From Mycolicibacterium smegmatis (GTDB lineage: Bacteria; Actinomycetota; Actinomycetes; Mycobacteriales; Mycobacteriaceae), in assembly GCF_001457595.1 (NCBI RefSeq), contig NZ_LN831039.1, positions 2,610,001-2,642,000 of the forward strand: a stretch of 32,000 nt of DNA, in the 5' to 3' direction. Below, in pieces: positions 16,558 through 24,740 of this stretch (position 1 is its first letter; each line of letters begins with the position of its first letter). The position numbers and the translations under genes are program-made. The notes under the pieces were generated by a model that was not told the origin of the DNA, did no database searches, and saw nothing but the letters and a program-made list of their open reading frames with translations.

Positions 16558-17337
16558 ATGAACAACGACCATGCCACCACCCGCCCGTCGATTGTGCGCA
16601 CAGCCTTCGTGGGGGTGACGCTGGCGGCACTCGGCCTCGTGATGGGCGTGGTGGGCCTGCAGGCCGCGGGCACCGCGTCGGCCGCCCCGTCGTCACCGTG
16701 CGCAGATGTCGAGGTGGTCTTCGCGCGCGGCACGTTCGAGGCGCCCGGGGTGGGCGACACCGGCCAGGCGTTCGTCAACGCGCTGGGCGCGCAACTTCCC
16801 GGCAAGAACATCGCGGTGTACGCCGTGAACTACCCGGCGTCCCTTGACTTCAACGACGCCGCCCTGGGAGTGGCCGACGCCGCGCGGGAGGTTCAGGCGG
16901 TGGCTGCCGGTTGCCCGGACACCCAGATCGTGCTCGGCGGGTATTCGCAGGGGGCCGCGGTGGCCGGCTACACCACGAGCGGTGCCGTGCCCGCGGGGTA
17001 CGCGTTGCCCGCGGGCATCACGGGCCCCATGCCGCCCGCCATCGCCCCGCATGTCGCGGCGGTGGTGCTGTTCGGCACCCCGTCCCCGTTCTTCCTCGGG
17101 CTGGTGGACCATTCGGCACCCCCGCTGGTGATCGGGCCGGCCTATGCCGCCAAGACCTTGCAGCTGTGCAACACCGGTGACCCGGTCTGCTATCCGGGCG
17201 GGCTGGACCGGGCGGCCCACAGTGCCTACAAGAGCAACGGAATGGCCGACCAGGCAGCGCAATTCGTCGTCGATCACCTCGGGGCCACGTCGACGGCCAC
17301 ACCGGCCCAGGTGGTGTCGGCCACCACCCATCCCTGA
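16558..17337 (+). CDS. Secreted cutinase-family serine esterase
   Basis: ATG is preceded by GAGGA. There is an N-terminal signal-like hydrophobic segment ending ASAAP, then CADVEVVFARGTFE, the catalytic GYSQGA motif, and the C-terminal CNTGDPVC...H block typical of mycobacterial cutinases. Confidence 0.9.
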   Translation: MNNDHATTRPSIVRTAFVGVTLAALGLVMGVVGLQAAGTASAAPSSPCADVEVVFARGTFEAPGVGDTGQAFVNALGAQLPGKNIAVYAVNYPASLDFNDAALGVADAAREVQAVAAGCPDTQIVLGGYSQGAAVAGYTTSGAVPAGYALPAGITGPMPPAIAPHVAAVVLFGTPSPFFLGLVDHSAPPLVIGPAYAAKTLQLCNTGDPVCYPGGLDRAAHSAYKSNGMADQAAQFVVDHLGATSTATPAQVVSATTHP

Positions 17338-17350
17338 CCGCCCACCGCTC

Positions 17351-17389
17351 CCCGCGGCAGGCCCGGCGAACATCCGGGGCTGCCGCGGG
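17351..17389. terminator. Bidirectional intrinsic-terminator hairpin between the convergent cutinase and aldo/keto reductase genes
   Basis: A perfect 10-bp stem (cccgcggcag at 17351-17360, ctgccgcggg at 17380-17389) is extended by 5 more bp after one G-G mismatch. The loop is cgaacat. A short T run follows at 17396-17399. Confidence 0.55.
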
Positions 17390-17398
17390 TCGGCATTT

Positions 17399-18253
17399 TC
17401 AGAACGTGGCGTCTGCGGGCAGTTCGATGTCGGCGACGGCGATGTTCTCCTCGAGATGCGCCACCGAGGACGTGCCGGGGATCAGCAGGATGTTGGGCGC
17501 CAGGCTCAGGGTCGCCGCGAGCGCGATCTGCGCAGGCGTGTAACCGAGTTCGCCCGCCAGCTTCTTCACCGTCGGGTTGCCGAGCACCGGGTTGTCGGGC
17601 ACGAATGCCGATCCCAGCGGGAAGAACGGCACGAACGCGATACCGCGTTCGGTACACAGGTCCAGGACGGGCTGCGACGTGCGGTCGGCGATGTTGTAGG
17701 CGTTCTGCACGCACACGATGTCGGTGCGCTGCAACGCGATCTCCAGATGCTCGCAGACGATGTTGCTCAGCCCGATACCGCCGATCAGGCCTTCGTCGCG
17801 CGCGGCGATCATCGCGTCGAGTTGCCGCTCGAACAGTTCGCGATTGACCGCGCGGCCGTCGGGGTCGTCGAACACGCGCAGGTTCACCGCGGCCAACTGG
17901 TCCACTTTCAGTGTGTGCAGGTTGGTCTCGATGTCCTTGCGCAGCTGTTCGGGTTCCTGTGCGGGCAACCAGTTGGCCTGATCGTCACGCGTGCCACCGA
18001 CCTTGCTCACGATGGCCAGATTCTCGGGGTAGGGGTGAAGGGCCTCGTAGATCAGTTCGTTGGCGACGTCGGGCCCGTAGAACTGCGCGGTGTCGATGTG
18101 GTCCACGCCGAGTTCGATCGCGCGCCGCAACACGGCGATCGCCTGGTCGTGGTCGCGCGGTGGCCCGAACACATGGGGGCCCGGCAACTGCATGGCGCCG
18201 AACCCGACGCGATGGACGGTGAAAGATCCGAGGGCGAACGTCGACGCACCCAT
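17399..18253 (-). CDS. Aldo/keto reductase family oxidoreductase
   Basis: ATG 18253 is preceded by AAGGAG. AKR motifs are present: VGFGAMQL, AIELGVDHIDTAQFYG, IVSKVG, GLSN, QNAYN. Confidence 0.9.
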   Translation of the reverse strand: MGASTFALGSFTVHRVGFGAMQLPGPHVFGPPRDHDQAIAVLRRAIELGVDHIDTAQFYGPDVANELIYEALHPYPENLAIVSKVGGTRDDQANWLPAQEPEQLRKDIETNLHTLKVDQLAAVNLRVFDDPDGRAVNRELFERQLDAMIAARDEGLIGGIGLSNIVCEHLEIALQRTDIVCVQNAYNIADRTSQPVLDLCTERGIAFVPFFPLGSAFVPDNPVLGNPTVKKLAGELGYTPAQIALAATLSLAPNILLIPGTSSVAHLEENIAVADIELPADATF

Positions 18254-18288
18254 GTCAACTCCTTTGGTGTCAAACTATATCGCCTCGA

Positions 18289-18318
18289 ACAATATGAGAG
18301 CGAACAAAAGGCTGTCAA
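18289..18318 (-). promoter_or_regulatory. Candidate sigma-A-type promoter for the aldo/keto reductase gene (minus strand -35 TTGACA, 18-nt spacer, -10 TATTGT)
   Basis: The minus strand reads gTTGACAgccttttgttcgctctcaTATTGTtcgagg... about 35 nt upstream of ATG 18253, in an AT-rich spacer between the MarR stop and the AKR start. This is sequence resemblance only. Confidence 0.35.
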
Positions 18319-18338
18319 CGGGTGTGGCCCGAGATGGT

Positions 18339-18770
18339 CTAGATGAGGCTGTCGGCGAGCTTCGACAGCAGCTTGGTCAGAGTGTCCTGTTCTTCGGTCG
18401 ACAGGCTGGCGAACATGCCGTGGGCGGCCTCGGCGTAATCGGTCAGCCAGCGCTTGGCCTGGGCGCTGCCCTGTGCGGTGGTGGTCAGGCGGATAGCGCG
18501 GCGATCATCCGGATCAGGGGCGCGTTCCACGAGGCCTTCGCGTACCAGGGCTTCGACGAGGCTGGATGCCGTGCCCTGCGTGACGCCGACGGCCCGCGCG
18601 AGATCGGCGAGTCGGACCGGCTGCAGGCGCTGCACCTCGGCCAGCAGTTTGGACCGGGGAGTCGACACGCCGTGCTCGCCGAGCTGCTCGTCGAAGGTGC
18701 GCACCACGCATTTGGCGGCGCGGCCGAAGGCGTCGGCAAGCGCCGCTGCGCGTCGCTGATCGGCGTTCAC
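18339..18770 (-). CDS. MarR family transcriptional regulator
   Basis: GTG 18770 is preceded by AAAGGGAG. The winged-HTH core is LLAEVQRLQPVRLADLARAVGVTQGTASSLVEALVREGLVERAPDPDDRRAIRLTTT. Confidence 0.85.
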   Translation of the reverse strand: MNADQRRAAALADAFGRAAKCVVRTFDEQLGEHGVSTPRSKLLAEVQRLQPVRLADLARAVGVTQGTASSLVEALVREGLVERAPDPDDRRAIRLTTTAQGSAQAKRWLTDYAEAAHGMFASLSTEEQDTLTKLLSKLADSLI

Positions 18771-18842
18771 CGAGCACTCCCTTTCGCAAAGTGGATCTCA
18801 GGGTACCAACGAGCGGGAGGCCGGAATCGACAGCCGGTGCGT

Positions 18843-19910
18843 TCACAGCGCGGTGTTGAGCCGTTTCCAGACCTCACCGTAGGCGGCGAGCTCGCTGAAC
18901 CCACCGTCGACCGCCAAATCGATCCCGGTGATGAAACTGGCCTCGTCGCTGGCCAGAAACAGTGCCGCGGAAGCCATTTCGGAAGGCTGTGCGGCGCGGC
19001 CGAGCGGAGTCAGGCTCCTCAGCTCGGCGAACACCCGGCTGCCCGCGTCCACCATCGGCGTCTCGACGACACCGGGGTGCATCGCGTTCACCCTGATGCC
19101 CGATGAGGCCAGTTCCATGGCGGCGGCCTTGGTGAGCCCGCGCACTGCCCATTTGGAGGCCGAGTACGCGGCGACAGGATGGCCCATGATCCCCGCCGTT
19201 GAGCCGATGTTGATGATGCTGCCGTTGCCGGAGCGCTTCATCAGAGGCGCGCACGCCTGCATCCCCAACATCTGTCCTTTGGTGTTGACCGCGACAATCC
19301 GATCCCATTCTTCGGATGTCGTGTCGGTGAGCTGATGGCGGACGTTGATACCGGCGTTGTTGATCAGCACATCCAGTCGTCCGGCGCCGGCATCGATGTG
19401 GGCGACGGTCCGACTCCACTGTTCGGCATCGGTGACGTCGAGGAATCTGAAATCCGCCTGTAGCCCGGATCCGCGGAGTTCGGCCGCCAGTTTCTCGCCT
19501 TCTTCCTCCAGGACGTCGCAGATGTAGACATGGGCACCGTGCTGCGCGAAAAGCCTGGCCTCGGCTTCACCTTGACCGCGCGCACCGCCGGTGATCAGTG
19601 CGACCTTGCCGGCCAGCCGTCCCTGTCCTGAGCGCCCGCGGGACGCCTCGGAAACGCCGGCCGCCCTCGGCTCGAGCGCGAGCGTTTCCACCCGTTGGAT
19701 CCCGGGTGCGTCGGTGGCGGGGCGTGCGCCGGATTCGTCGGTGTGACACACGATCTCGACGACGATTGTCGGATCCGACGGTGACGCCGAGATGCCCAGT
19801 GTCTCCGTCCCGCGGTCTTGGCGTCGGTCGTGCGACGCCGACGTCTGCAGGAAGTGCGCGGCGGTCTCCGGTGACCGGAAGTGGTAGCGCAGTAACTCGT
19901 AGGTCGGCAT
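18843..19910 (-). CDS. Short-chain dehydrogenase/reductase (classical SDR) with an ~100-aa N-terminal extension
   Basis: The SDR core is GKVALITGGARGQG, NNAGI, and S...YSASKWAV (Tyr/Lys dyad). ATG 19910 has an AGGA 8 nt upstream and lies 25 nt after the FAH stop. The extension keeps a G/C-rich third codon position, so it looks translated. Confidence 0.8.
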   Translation of the reverse strand: MPTYELLRYHFRSPETAAHFLQTSASHDRRQDRGTETLGISASPSDPTIVVEIVCHTDESGARPATDAPGIQRVETLALEPRAAGVSEASRGRSGQGRLAGKVALITGGARGQGEAEARLFAQHGAHVYICDVLEEEGEKLAAELRGSGLQADFRFLDVTDAEQWSRTVAHIDAGAGRLDVLINNAGINVRHQLTDTTSEEWDRIVAVNTKGQMLGMQACAPLMKRSGNGSIINIGSTAGIMGHPVAAYSASKWAVRGLTKAAAMELASSGIRVNAMHPGVVETPMVDAGSRVFAELRSLTPLGRAAQPSEMASAALFLASDEASFITGIDLAVDGGFSELAAYGEVWKRLNTAL

Positions 19911-19935
19911 GGGAGTGTCCTATTCCGAACGAAGA

Positions 19936-20793
19936 TCAGTTATGTGCGGGGCGGCGCTGCGAAGCCACGATGGTGTTGCGCAGAACCCCGAGTTTCTCCA
20001 CCTCCACCTCGACGTGGTCGCCCGGGTGGAGCAGCCAGGCTGGGGTGCGGGCGTAACCGACGCCCGACGGAGTGCCCGTGGCCAACAGATCACCGGGCCG
20101 CAGTGTGAGTGTGCGGGATATGTGCGCCAGCGTCTCTCCGACCGTATAGACCATCTCGTCGGTCGAGGCGTCCTGCACGGTTGTGCCGTTGACGCGGGTG
20201 CGGACGCGCAGACCGTCGCGGAGGTCCCCCACGTCGTGGGCCGGCACGAGGGGCCCGAGTGGTCCCGAGCGGTCCGCGTTCTTCCCGAGGATCCACTGTG
20301 AGGTGATCTTCTGGGCGCGGCGAGCCGTGACGTCGTTGAACGTCGAGTATCCGACCACCGCGTCGAGCGCCTCATCGGCTGTCGCACAGGAGAGTTCGCG
20401 GCCCACCCAGGCCACCACCTCGCCCTCCCAGTCGAGCCCTTCTTCGTCGGTGGGAACAGGGATCTGGGCGCCGTCGACGGTGAGCGTGGACGGCCACCGG
20501 GCGAACAGTGTCGGGAACTCGGGCAGCGGCTCGGCCCCGTAACTGCCCTCGGCCACATGTTTGAGGTAGTTGAGGCCGATGCAGATCACCTTTGCGCCGG
20601 GCAGGACCGGTGGCACCAGGGTCACCTCGTCGCGTGGCAGCACTGCTCCTGCGGGCTCCTCGGCGAGGTGAGCCGTTGGATCGCACCAGAACTCGTCAAG
20701 GCCGGCGAGAACCCGGACCGCGTCGCCGGTATCCGTCAGGGCGGCGACCTCGACGCGATCCGATCCGGTCCGCCTGATTCCGACGACGCGCAT
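19936..20793 (-). CDS. Fumarylacetoacetate hydrolase (FAH) family hydrolase/decarboxylase/isomerase
   Basis: FAH-fold blocks are present: KVICIGLNYLKHVAE, DWEGEVVAWVG, GYSTFNDVTARRAQ, GKNADRSGPLGP, and LRPGDLLATGTPSGVG. AGGAAGGA lies 7 nt upstream of ATG 20793. The track start ATG 20799 abuts the SD sequence and is less likely. Confidence 0.85.
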   Translation of the reverse strand: MRVVGIRRTGSDRVEVAALTDTGDAVRVLAGLDEFWCDPTAHLAEEPAGAVLPRDEVTLVPPVLPGAKVICIGLNYLKHVAEGSYGAEPLPEFPTLFARWPSTLTVDGAQIPVPTDEEGLDWEGEVVAWVGRELSCATADEALDAVVGYSTFNDVTARRAQKITSQWILGKNADRSGPLGPLVPAHDVGDLRDGLRVRTRVNGTTVQDASTDEMVYTVGETLAHISRTLTLRPGDLLATGTPSGVGYARTPAWLLHPGDHVEVEVEKLGVLRNTIVASQRRPAHN

Positions 20794-20830
20794 GCGCATT
20801 CCTTCCTAAACCGGGTGAAAACCCTCTAAC

Positions 20831-20840
20831 CCTTCGAAGG
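20831..20840. promoter_or_regulatory. Perfect 10-bp palindrome CCTTCGAAGG in the FAH / GntR divergent intergenic region (operator candidate)
   Basis: ccttcgaagg equals its own reverse complement. It is flanked by aaaacc...ggtttt, and it is the only intergenic DNA between the two divergent transcription units. Confidence 0.3.
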
Positions 20841-20861
20841 TTTTTGTGATTGAATGCGACT

Positions 20862-21602
20862 ATGCCGGACAAACCACCCGAGAAGCAAGCGGCTGCGTCC
20901 CCTCGCCGCCGTGGGGTCAAGGCCATGCCACCGGATCTCGGTCCGCGCACGCGGGCCGAACAGCTCGCGGCGGTCATCGATGCCCGCATCCGCGACGGTG
21001 AATTTCGGCCCGGCGAGTCGATCGGCACGCTGGAGTCGTTGCGGGCGGAGACGAAATTCGCGTATTCGACGGTCAGCGAGGCGGTGCGCCTGCTGCGTGA
21101 TCGCGGGATCATCGAGATCCGGCCGGGTCGCGGCGGCGGACTGTTCGTCGCCGACGCGGGACCGGTGGTGCGGATGCGTCGCACCCTGCTCAGGGTGTCC
21201 GACCACCCCGAGACGGTGGCCGACGCCGTCGAGTTGCGGGACCACCTCGAGATCCTGATCGCCACGTCGGCGGCACGCCATCGCACCACCCGTGACGTCG
21301 CCGACCTTCGTGCCTTGCTCGACGCCATGGAGCAGGCCGACACCTGGGAGGACTTCGTCCGCGAGAACTGGGTGCTACACGAGCGGATCGCCCAGATCTG
21401 CCCGAACGAGATGGCGCGGGCGGTCTACGTGGGGACTCTCGGCCACCTGCGCTCCACCTCGTCGTCGTCCCCCGACGACCACACTTCCGACGAGTACCGA
21501 CAGCAACGCGTGCACGTCCACCGCGAACTCGTCGACGCCATCGAATCCGGAGACGAGAACGCCGTGCGAGACGTGGTCACCCGCCACAACGCCCCCGTGT
21601 GA
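20862..21602 (+). CDS. GntR family transcriptional regulator (FadR/FCD subfamily)
   Basis: The wHTH is LESLRAETKFAYSTVSEAVRLLRDRGIIEIRPGRGGGLFV, followed by an all-helical FCD-like C-terminal domain. I prefer ATG 20862; in-frame alternatives are TTG 20850 and a later ATG. Confidence 0.85.
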   Translation: MPDKPPEKQAAASPRRRGVKAMPPDLGPRTRAEQLAAVIDARIRDGEFRPGESIGTLESLRAETKFAYSTVSEAVRLLRDRGIIEIRPGRGGGLFVADAGPVVRMRRTLLRVSDHPETVADAVELRDHLEILIATSAARHRTTRDVADLRALLDAMEQADTWEDFVRENWVLHERIAQICPNEMARAVYVGTLGHLRSTSSSSPDDHTSDEYRQQRVHVHRELVDAIESGDENAVRDVVTRHNAPV

Positions 21603-21612
21603 GAGGTTCGCC

Positions 21613-22857
21613 ATGACCAGCAATTTTCGTGAGTATCTCTTCGCCCCCGACCATCCCCGGCTGGCCGAACTGCGAGAGCTCGATGCCTACGCCTATCGGA
21701 CGGTGGCACGCCGGCCGGGGACGTTCACCGGCGATCTGGTCGCCGGATGGACCCCCTTGTACAAGAACGAGTTTCGCGGTGTCACCGAGGACGGCACGCT
21801 GCGTGAGGACGTGCACTGCCTTGAACCGGCACGGGCGGGAGAAGCGGCACCGGTTCCGGAGATGGTGGCTGCGGCCGCGGACCTGCTGGCCGGCCTCGAC
21901 GACGAGAGCCGAGAGCGGATCCGGTATCGCGTCGACGCCCCGGAATGGCAGACCTGGGCCAACCCGGAGTTCATGCAGTTCGACACCGGGATACGCCTGG
22001 AGTTCCAATCCGAGGACGTCCGACGCAAGGCCCTGCGATTGATGGCGTCGTCGCTGAGCCCGCAGGGTTACGAGCTGGCGCGCAACATGATGCTGATCAA
22101 CGGATTCCTCGGCGAGGTCGTCGGTTTGCCAGGCATTCTCAACGAATTCAGTTACAACATGGCGATCTACGGCACACCTCATGAAACCAGACCGTGGGGA
22201 TGGCAGGTGTTCGGTCATCACCTGGCCGTGAACTGCTTCGTGGTCGACGGCCGGATGGTCATCAGCCCGCTGTTCCTGGGTGCCGAGCCGAACGAGATCG
22301 ACGAAGGGGAGCACGCCGGGGTCACCTCGTTCGGGACCCGCATCGAGTTGGGGCTGGCGCTGATGGCCGAGCTGACGCCCGAACAGCGCTGCGCAGCAAC
22401 CGTGTACGAGCAGATGGTCGATCCCGCGATGCCGCCGGGACGTGTACACCCGGGTGACGAACGTCATCTCGCCGGCGCGTTCCAGGACAATCGGCAGATC
22501 CCGTTCGAGGGTGTACGCGTGGCCGACCTGTCCTGCCGGGCACAAGAACTCGTTCTCGAAATCGTCGAACAGTTCGTCGCGCTGTTGCCGGACGGACCTC
22601 GCGCCGCACGTATGCGCGAAGTGCGGAAAATGCTCTCGCAGACCTGGTTCAGCTGGATCGGCGGGCACCGCCCCGGCGACGTCTTCTATTACCGCGTCCA
22701 ATCACCGGTGATCATCGCCGAACTCGATCACCACTGTGGGGTGTTCCTCGACTACGACACCCCCAAGCCCTTCCACATCCACACGGTTGTCCGTACCCCG
22801 CACGGCAACGACTACGGGCGCGCATACTTACGGCAATGGGAGCAGGGGCACCGATGA
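21613..22857 (+). CDS. DUF3500 family protein (function unknown, His-rich conserved blocks)
   Basis: ATG 21613 lies 10 nt after the GntR stop. Conserved-looking blocks are WGWQVFGHHLAVNCF, ELDHHCGVF and HIHTVVRTPHGNDYG, which I associate with DUF3500. The 21292..21612 part of the track ORF overlaps the GntR gene out of frame. Confidence 0.65.
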   Translation: MTSNFREYLFAPDHPRLAELRELDAYAYRTVARRPGTFTGDLVAGWTPLYKNEFRGVTEDGTLREDVHCLEPARAGEAAPVPEMVAAAADLLAGLDDESRERIRYRVDAPEWQTWANPEFMQFDTGIRLEFQSEDVRRKALRLMASSLSPQGYELARNMMLINGFLGEVVGLPGILNEFSYNMAIYGTPHETRPWGWQVFGHHLAVNCFVVDGRMVISPLFLGAEPNEIDEGEHAGVTSFGTRIELGLALMAELTPEQRCAATVYEQMVDPAMPPGRVHPGDERHLAGAFQDNRQIPFEGVRVADLSCRAQELVLEIVEQFVALLPDGPRAARMREVRKMLSQTWFSWIGGHRPGDVFYYRVQSPVIIAELDHHCGVFLDYDTPKPFHIHTVVRTPHGNDYGRAYLRQWEQGHR

Positions 22858-23273
22858 GCGTCAGCACCTCGAGGACGGTGAGCGGCGAGGTGGCTCGCCA
22901 TCATGTGGCCAACCTGCTCTACACCTACGTCGACATCGCCGACCGCAAGGACATCGACGCGGCCGTGGGTCTTCTGGGGAATGCGCGTGTCCGGTTCCCG
23001 GACAACGGTTTCGAGACCATCGACGATGCCCGGCCGTTCTTCACCCGCTTGTGGGCATCGTCCACCGCGCACCGGCACGATGTCGGCAACCTCCGCGTGG
23101 AACCCGGTGCGGGTTCGTACTGGCGTGCATACGCCCACTACACGCGTTGGTTGTTCACGCCGGGTCCGGTGCTGCACACGCTCGGCGAGTACGCGCTCGA
23201 CATCGATGCGCGAACGTGGTCGATAACAGCCCTGACGGTGACCAGAACGTGGATGAGGGCCGAAAGTGGCTGA
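22854..23273 (+). CDS. SnoaL/NTF2-like fold protein
   Basis: ATG 22854 overlaps the DUF3500 stop (ATGA). The opening VARHHVANLLYTYVDIADRKDIDAAVGLLGNARVRF is typical of SnoaL_4-type NTF2-like proteins, and the size is about 140 aa. Confidence 0.6.
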   Translation: MSVSTSRTVSGEVARHHVANLLYTYVDIADRKDIDAAVGLLGNARVRFPDNGFETIDDARPFFTRLWASSTAHRHDVGNLRVEPGAGSYWRAYAHYTRWLFTPGPVLHTLGEYALDIDARTWSITALTVTRTWMRAESG

Positions 23274-23988
23274 CATAGGCCGGTCCACGCTGGTGCTGGA
23301 CGCGCTCGCCGAAGCGTCGAAGCCACTTACGCTGAGTGAGCTCGCCACTCGCACGGGACTGCCTCGCTCCACGGTGCATCGCATCGTGCAGTCTCTTGAG
23401 CGCAGTCTGTACCTGGTGCGGGGAGTCGACCGCCACGGTTACTCTCTGGGCCCGGGCCTGCTCAAGTTCGGGATGAACGCGCATCTGCGCCTGCTGGCCG
23501 GCAACCGCCCCCTGCTGGCCCGTCTTGTGCGTGAGGTGGGCGAGAACGTCGAACTGGCCATATTCAGCGGGCGCGAAGTGGTGGTGGTCGACCAACTCGC
23601 GTCGGTGAACCGACTGCACGGCGTCACCAAGGTCGGGAAGAGCTTCTCGCTGCACGCCAGTTGTATCGGCCTGGCGCTCTTGGCCCATCTGCCCGACGAT
23701 CAGGTGGCAGGGCTTCTCTCGCCACCGCTGCAGCGGTTCACCGAACACACCGTCACGGACCTGCCCGCCATCATGGGCAGGCTCGACGAGGTGCGACGTA
23801 CCCAGATCGCCGTGGACACCGAGGAGCACGACGTGGGGATCTGCGCGGTCGCCACCGCCTTCCCAGGGCCTACCGGCGCTCTGCAGGCGGTGGCGGTCGT
23901 CATGCCCACCGCGCGATTCCGGGCAAAGCGTGAGCGGGCCGTCGAGAGCCTCCAACGGATCAACCCGCTGCTCGCGCACCGCAACTGA
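23266..23988 (+). CDS. IclR family transcriptional regulator
   Basis: GTG 23266 overlaps the end of the SnoaL-like gene. The HTH is LDALAEASKPLTLSELATRTGLPRSTVHRIVQSLE, followed by an IclR effector domain (SLHASCIGLALLAHL, TEHTVTD, EEHDVGICAVATAF). Confidence 0.9.
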   Translation: MADIGRSTLVLDALAEASKPLTLSELATRTGLPRSTVHRIVQSLERSLYLVRGVDRHGYSLGPGLLKFGMNAHLRLLAGNRPLLARLVREVGENVELAIFSGREVVVVDQLASVNRLHGVTKVGKSFSLHASCIGLALLAHLPDDQVAGLLSPPLQRFTEHTVTDLPAIMGRLDEVRRTQIAVDTEEHDVGICAVATAFPGPTGALQAVAVVMPTARFRAKRERAVESLQRINPLLAHRN

Positions 23989-23997
23989 GCGCGGCGG

Positions 23998-24027
23998 ACG
24001 TCACCACGGCGCACGTCACCACGGCGC
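23998..24027. repeat. Perfect tandem duplication of a 15-bp unit (acgtcaccacggcgc x2) spanning the 3' end of the hydrolase-like gene
   Basis: Copy 1 is 23998-24012 and copy 2 is 24013-24027, and they are identical. Copy 2 contains the stop and the last four codons (APW-stop on the minus strand) of the 24016..24705 gene. Copy 1 repeats them in the 27-nt spacer to the IclR stop. Confidence 0.9.
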
Positions 24028-24705
24028 AACCGGCGGAATCTTGTCCCTGTTCTCGGCGACGTACAGTCCGCCGAGGATGCGCGACAGAAACGTGAATTCG
24101 TTGTAGGCGTGCAGCAACAGGTTGCGAGCCAGCTCATCTGGGACTTCGGCTGCGACCTCGGAGGGGGTCAGACCCATTGCAGGCAGATCCGTGCCGAGGT
24201 GGAAGTGGCTGCGCAAGGCGAACCCCCATGGAGTGTCCCGCCCGACGTGCAGCAGGCGACCGCCCAAGATCTTGCCGGATGTGTCTCGCGGCGGGTGATG
24301 GCCGGTTCCCACCCGGCCGAGGACCGATCCGCTGACGTCACCACGATCCACCGCAGTGCGGTACCTCTCGGCGTCGAACACGTCGTCGGCACCGTGGAAC
24401 TGGGTGACGAGTTCGGCGGCGGGGGCGTCGGCGAACCGTTCGACGACGATGTGTTCGCTGCCCACGTGGGTATCCGGCGACAGGTCGCCGGCCCAGTGGC
24501 TGGAGACGTGGTCGATCGGGTGCCACCAGATGTACTTCTGGGTATCGCAGCGCCAGCGGAACCACCACTCGAACATCGCGGTCTTGCAGTCGTGCATGTC
24601 GGTGCGGGCCGCGATGTGCAGGGTCCCGTCATCGAGGCGCCGATACCCGGTCTCCATCGGTAGCGGCAGGGGATCGAGAAGCTCGTTCCAGTCGATCGTG
24701 GTCAT
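24016..24705 (-). CDS. DAPG/phloretin hydrolase-like protein (PhlG-type C-C bond hydrolase family, tentative)
   Basis: ATG 24705 (MTTIDWNELL...) lies 35 nt after the hydroxylase stop. Trp/His-rich blocks are FEWWFRWRCDTQKYIWWHPIDHV and GSEHIVVE, plus a C-terminal LLHAYNEF (H-x3-E). These resemble what I recall of the zinc-dependent PhlG/phloretin hydrolase family. The upstream 24706..25383 part of the track ORF is an out-of-frame overlap. Confidence 0.5.
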   Translation of the reverse strand: MTTIDWNELLDPLPLPMETGYRRLDDGTLHIAARTDMHDCKTAMFEWWFRWRCDTQKYIWWHPIDHVSSHWAGDLSPDTHVGSEHIVVERFADAPAAELVTQFHGADDVFDAERYRTAVDRGDVSGSVLGRVGTGHHPPRDTSGKILGGRLLHVGRDTPWGFALRSHFHLGTDLPAMGLTPSEVAAEVPDELARNLLLHAYNEFTFLSRILGGLYVAENRDKIPPVAPW

Positions 24706-24740
24706 GGTGTTGTCGGCGTTCCCTTCTGAATTGTTCACTG

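Noticed and set aside
17144-19106. 400-aa (17144..18346) and 338-aa (18090..19106) plus-strand ORFs
   Set aside because: They overlap the AKR, MarR and SDR genes on the opposite strand and run across real intergenic regions. They have no motifs, whereas the minus-strand genes have SD sequences and family signatures.
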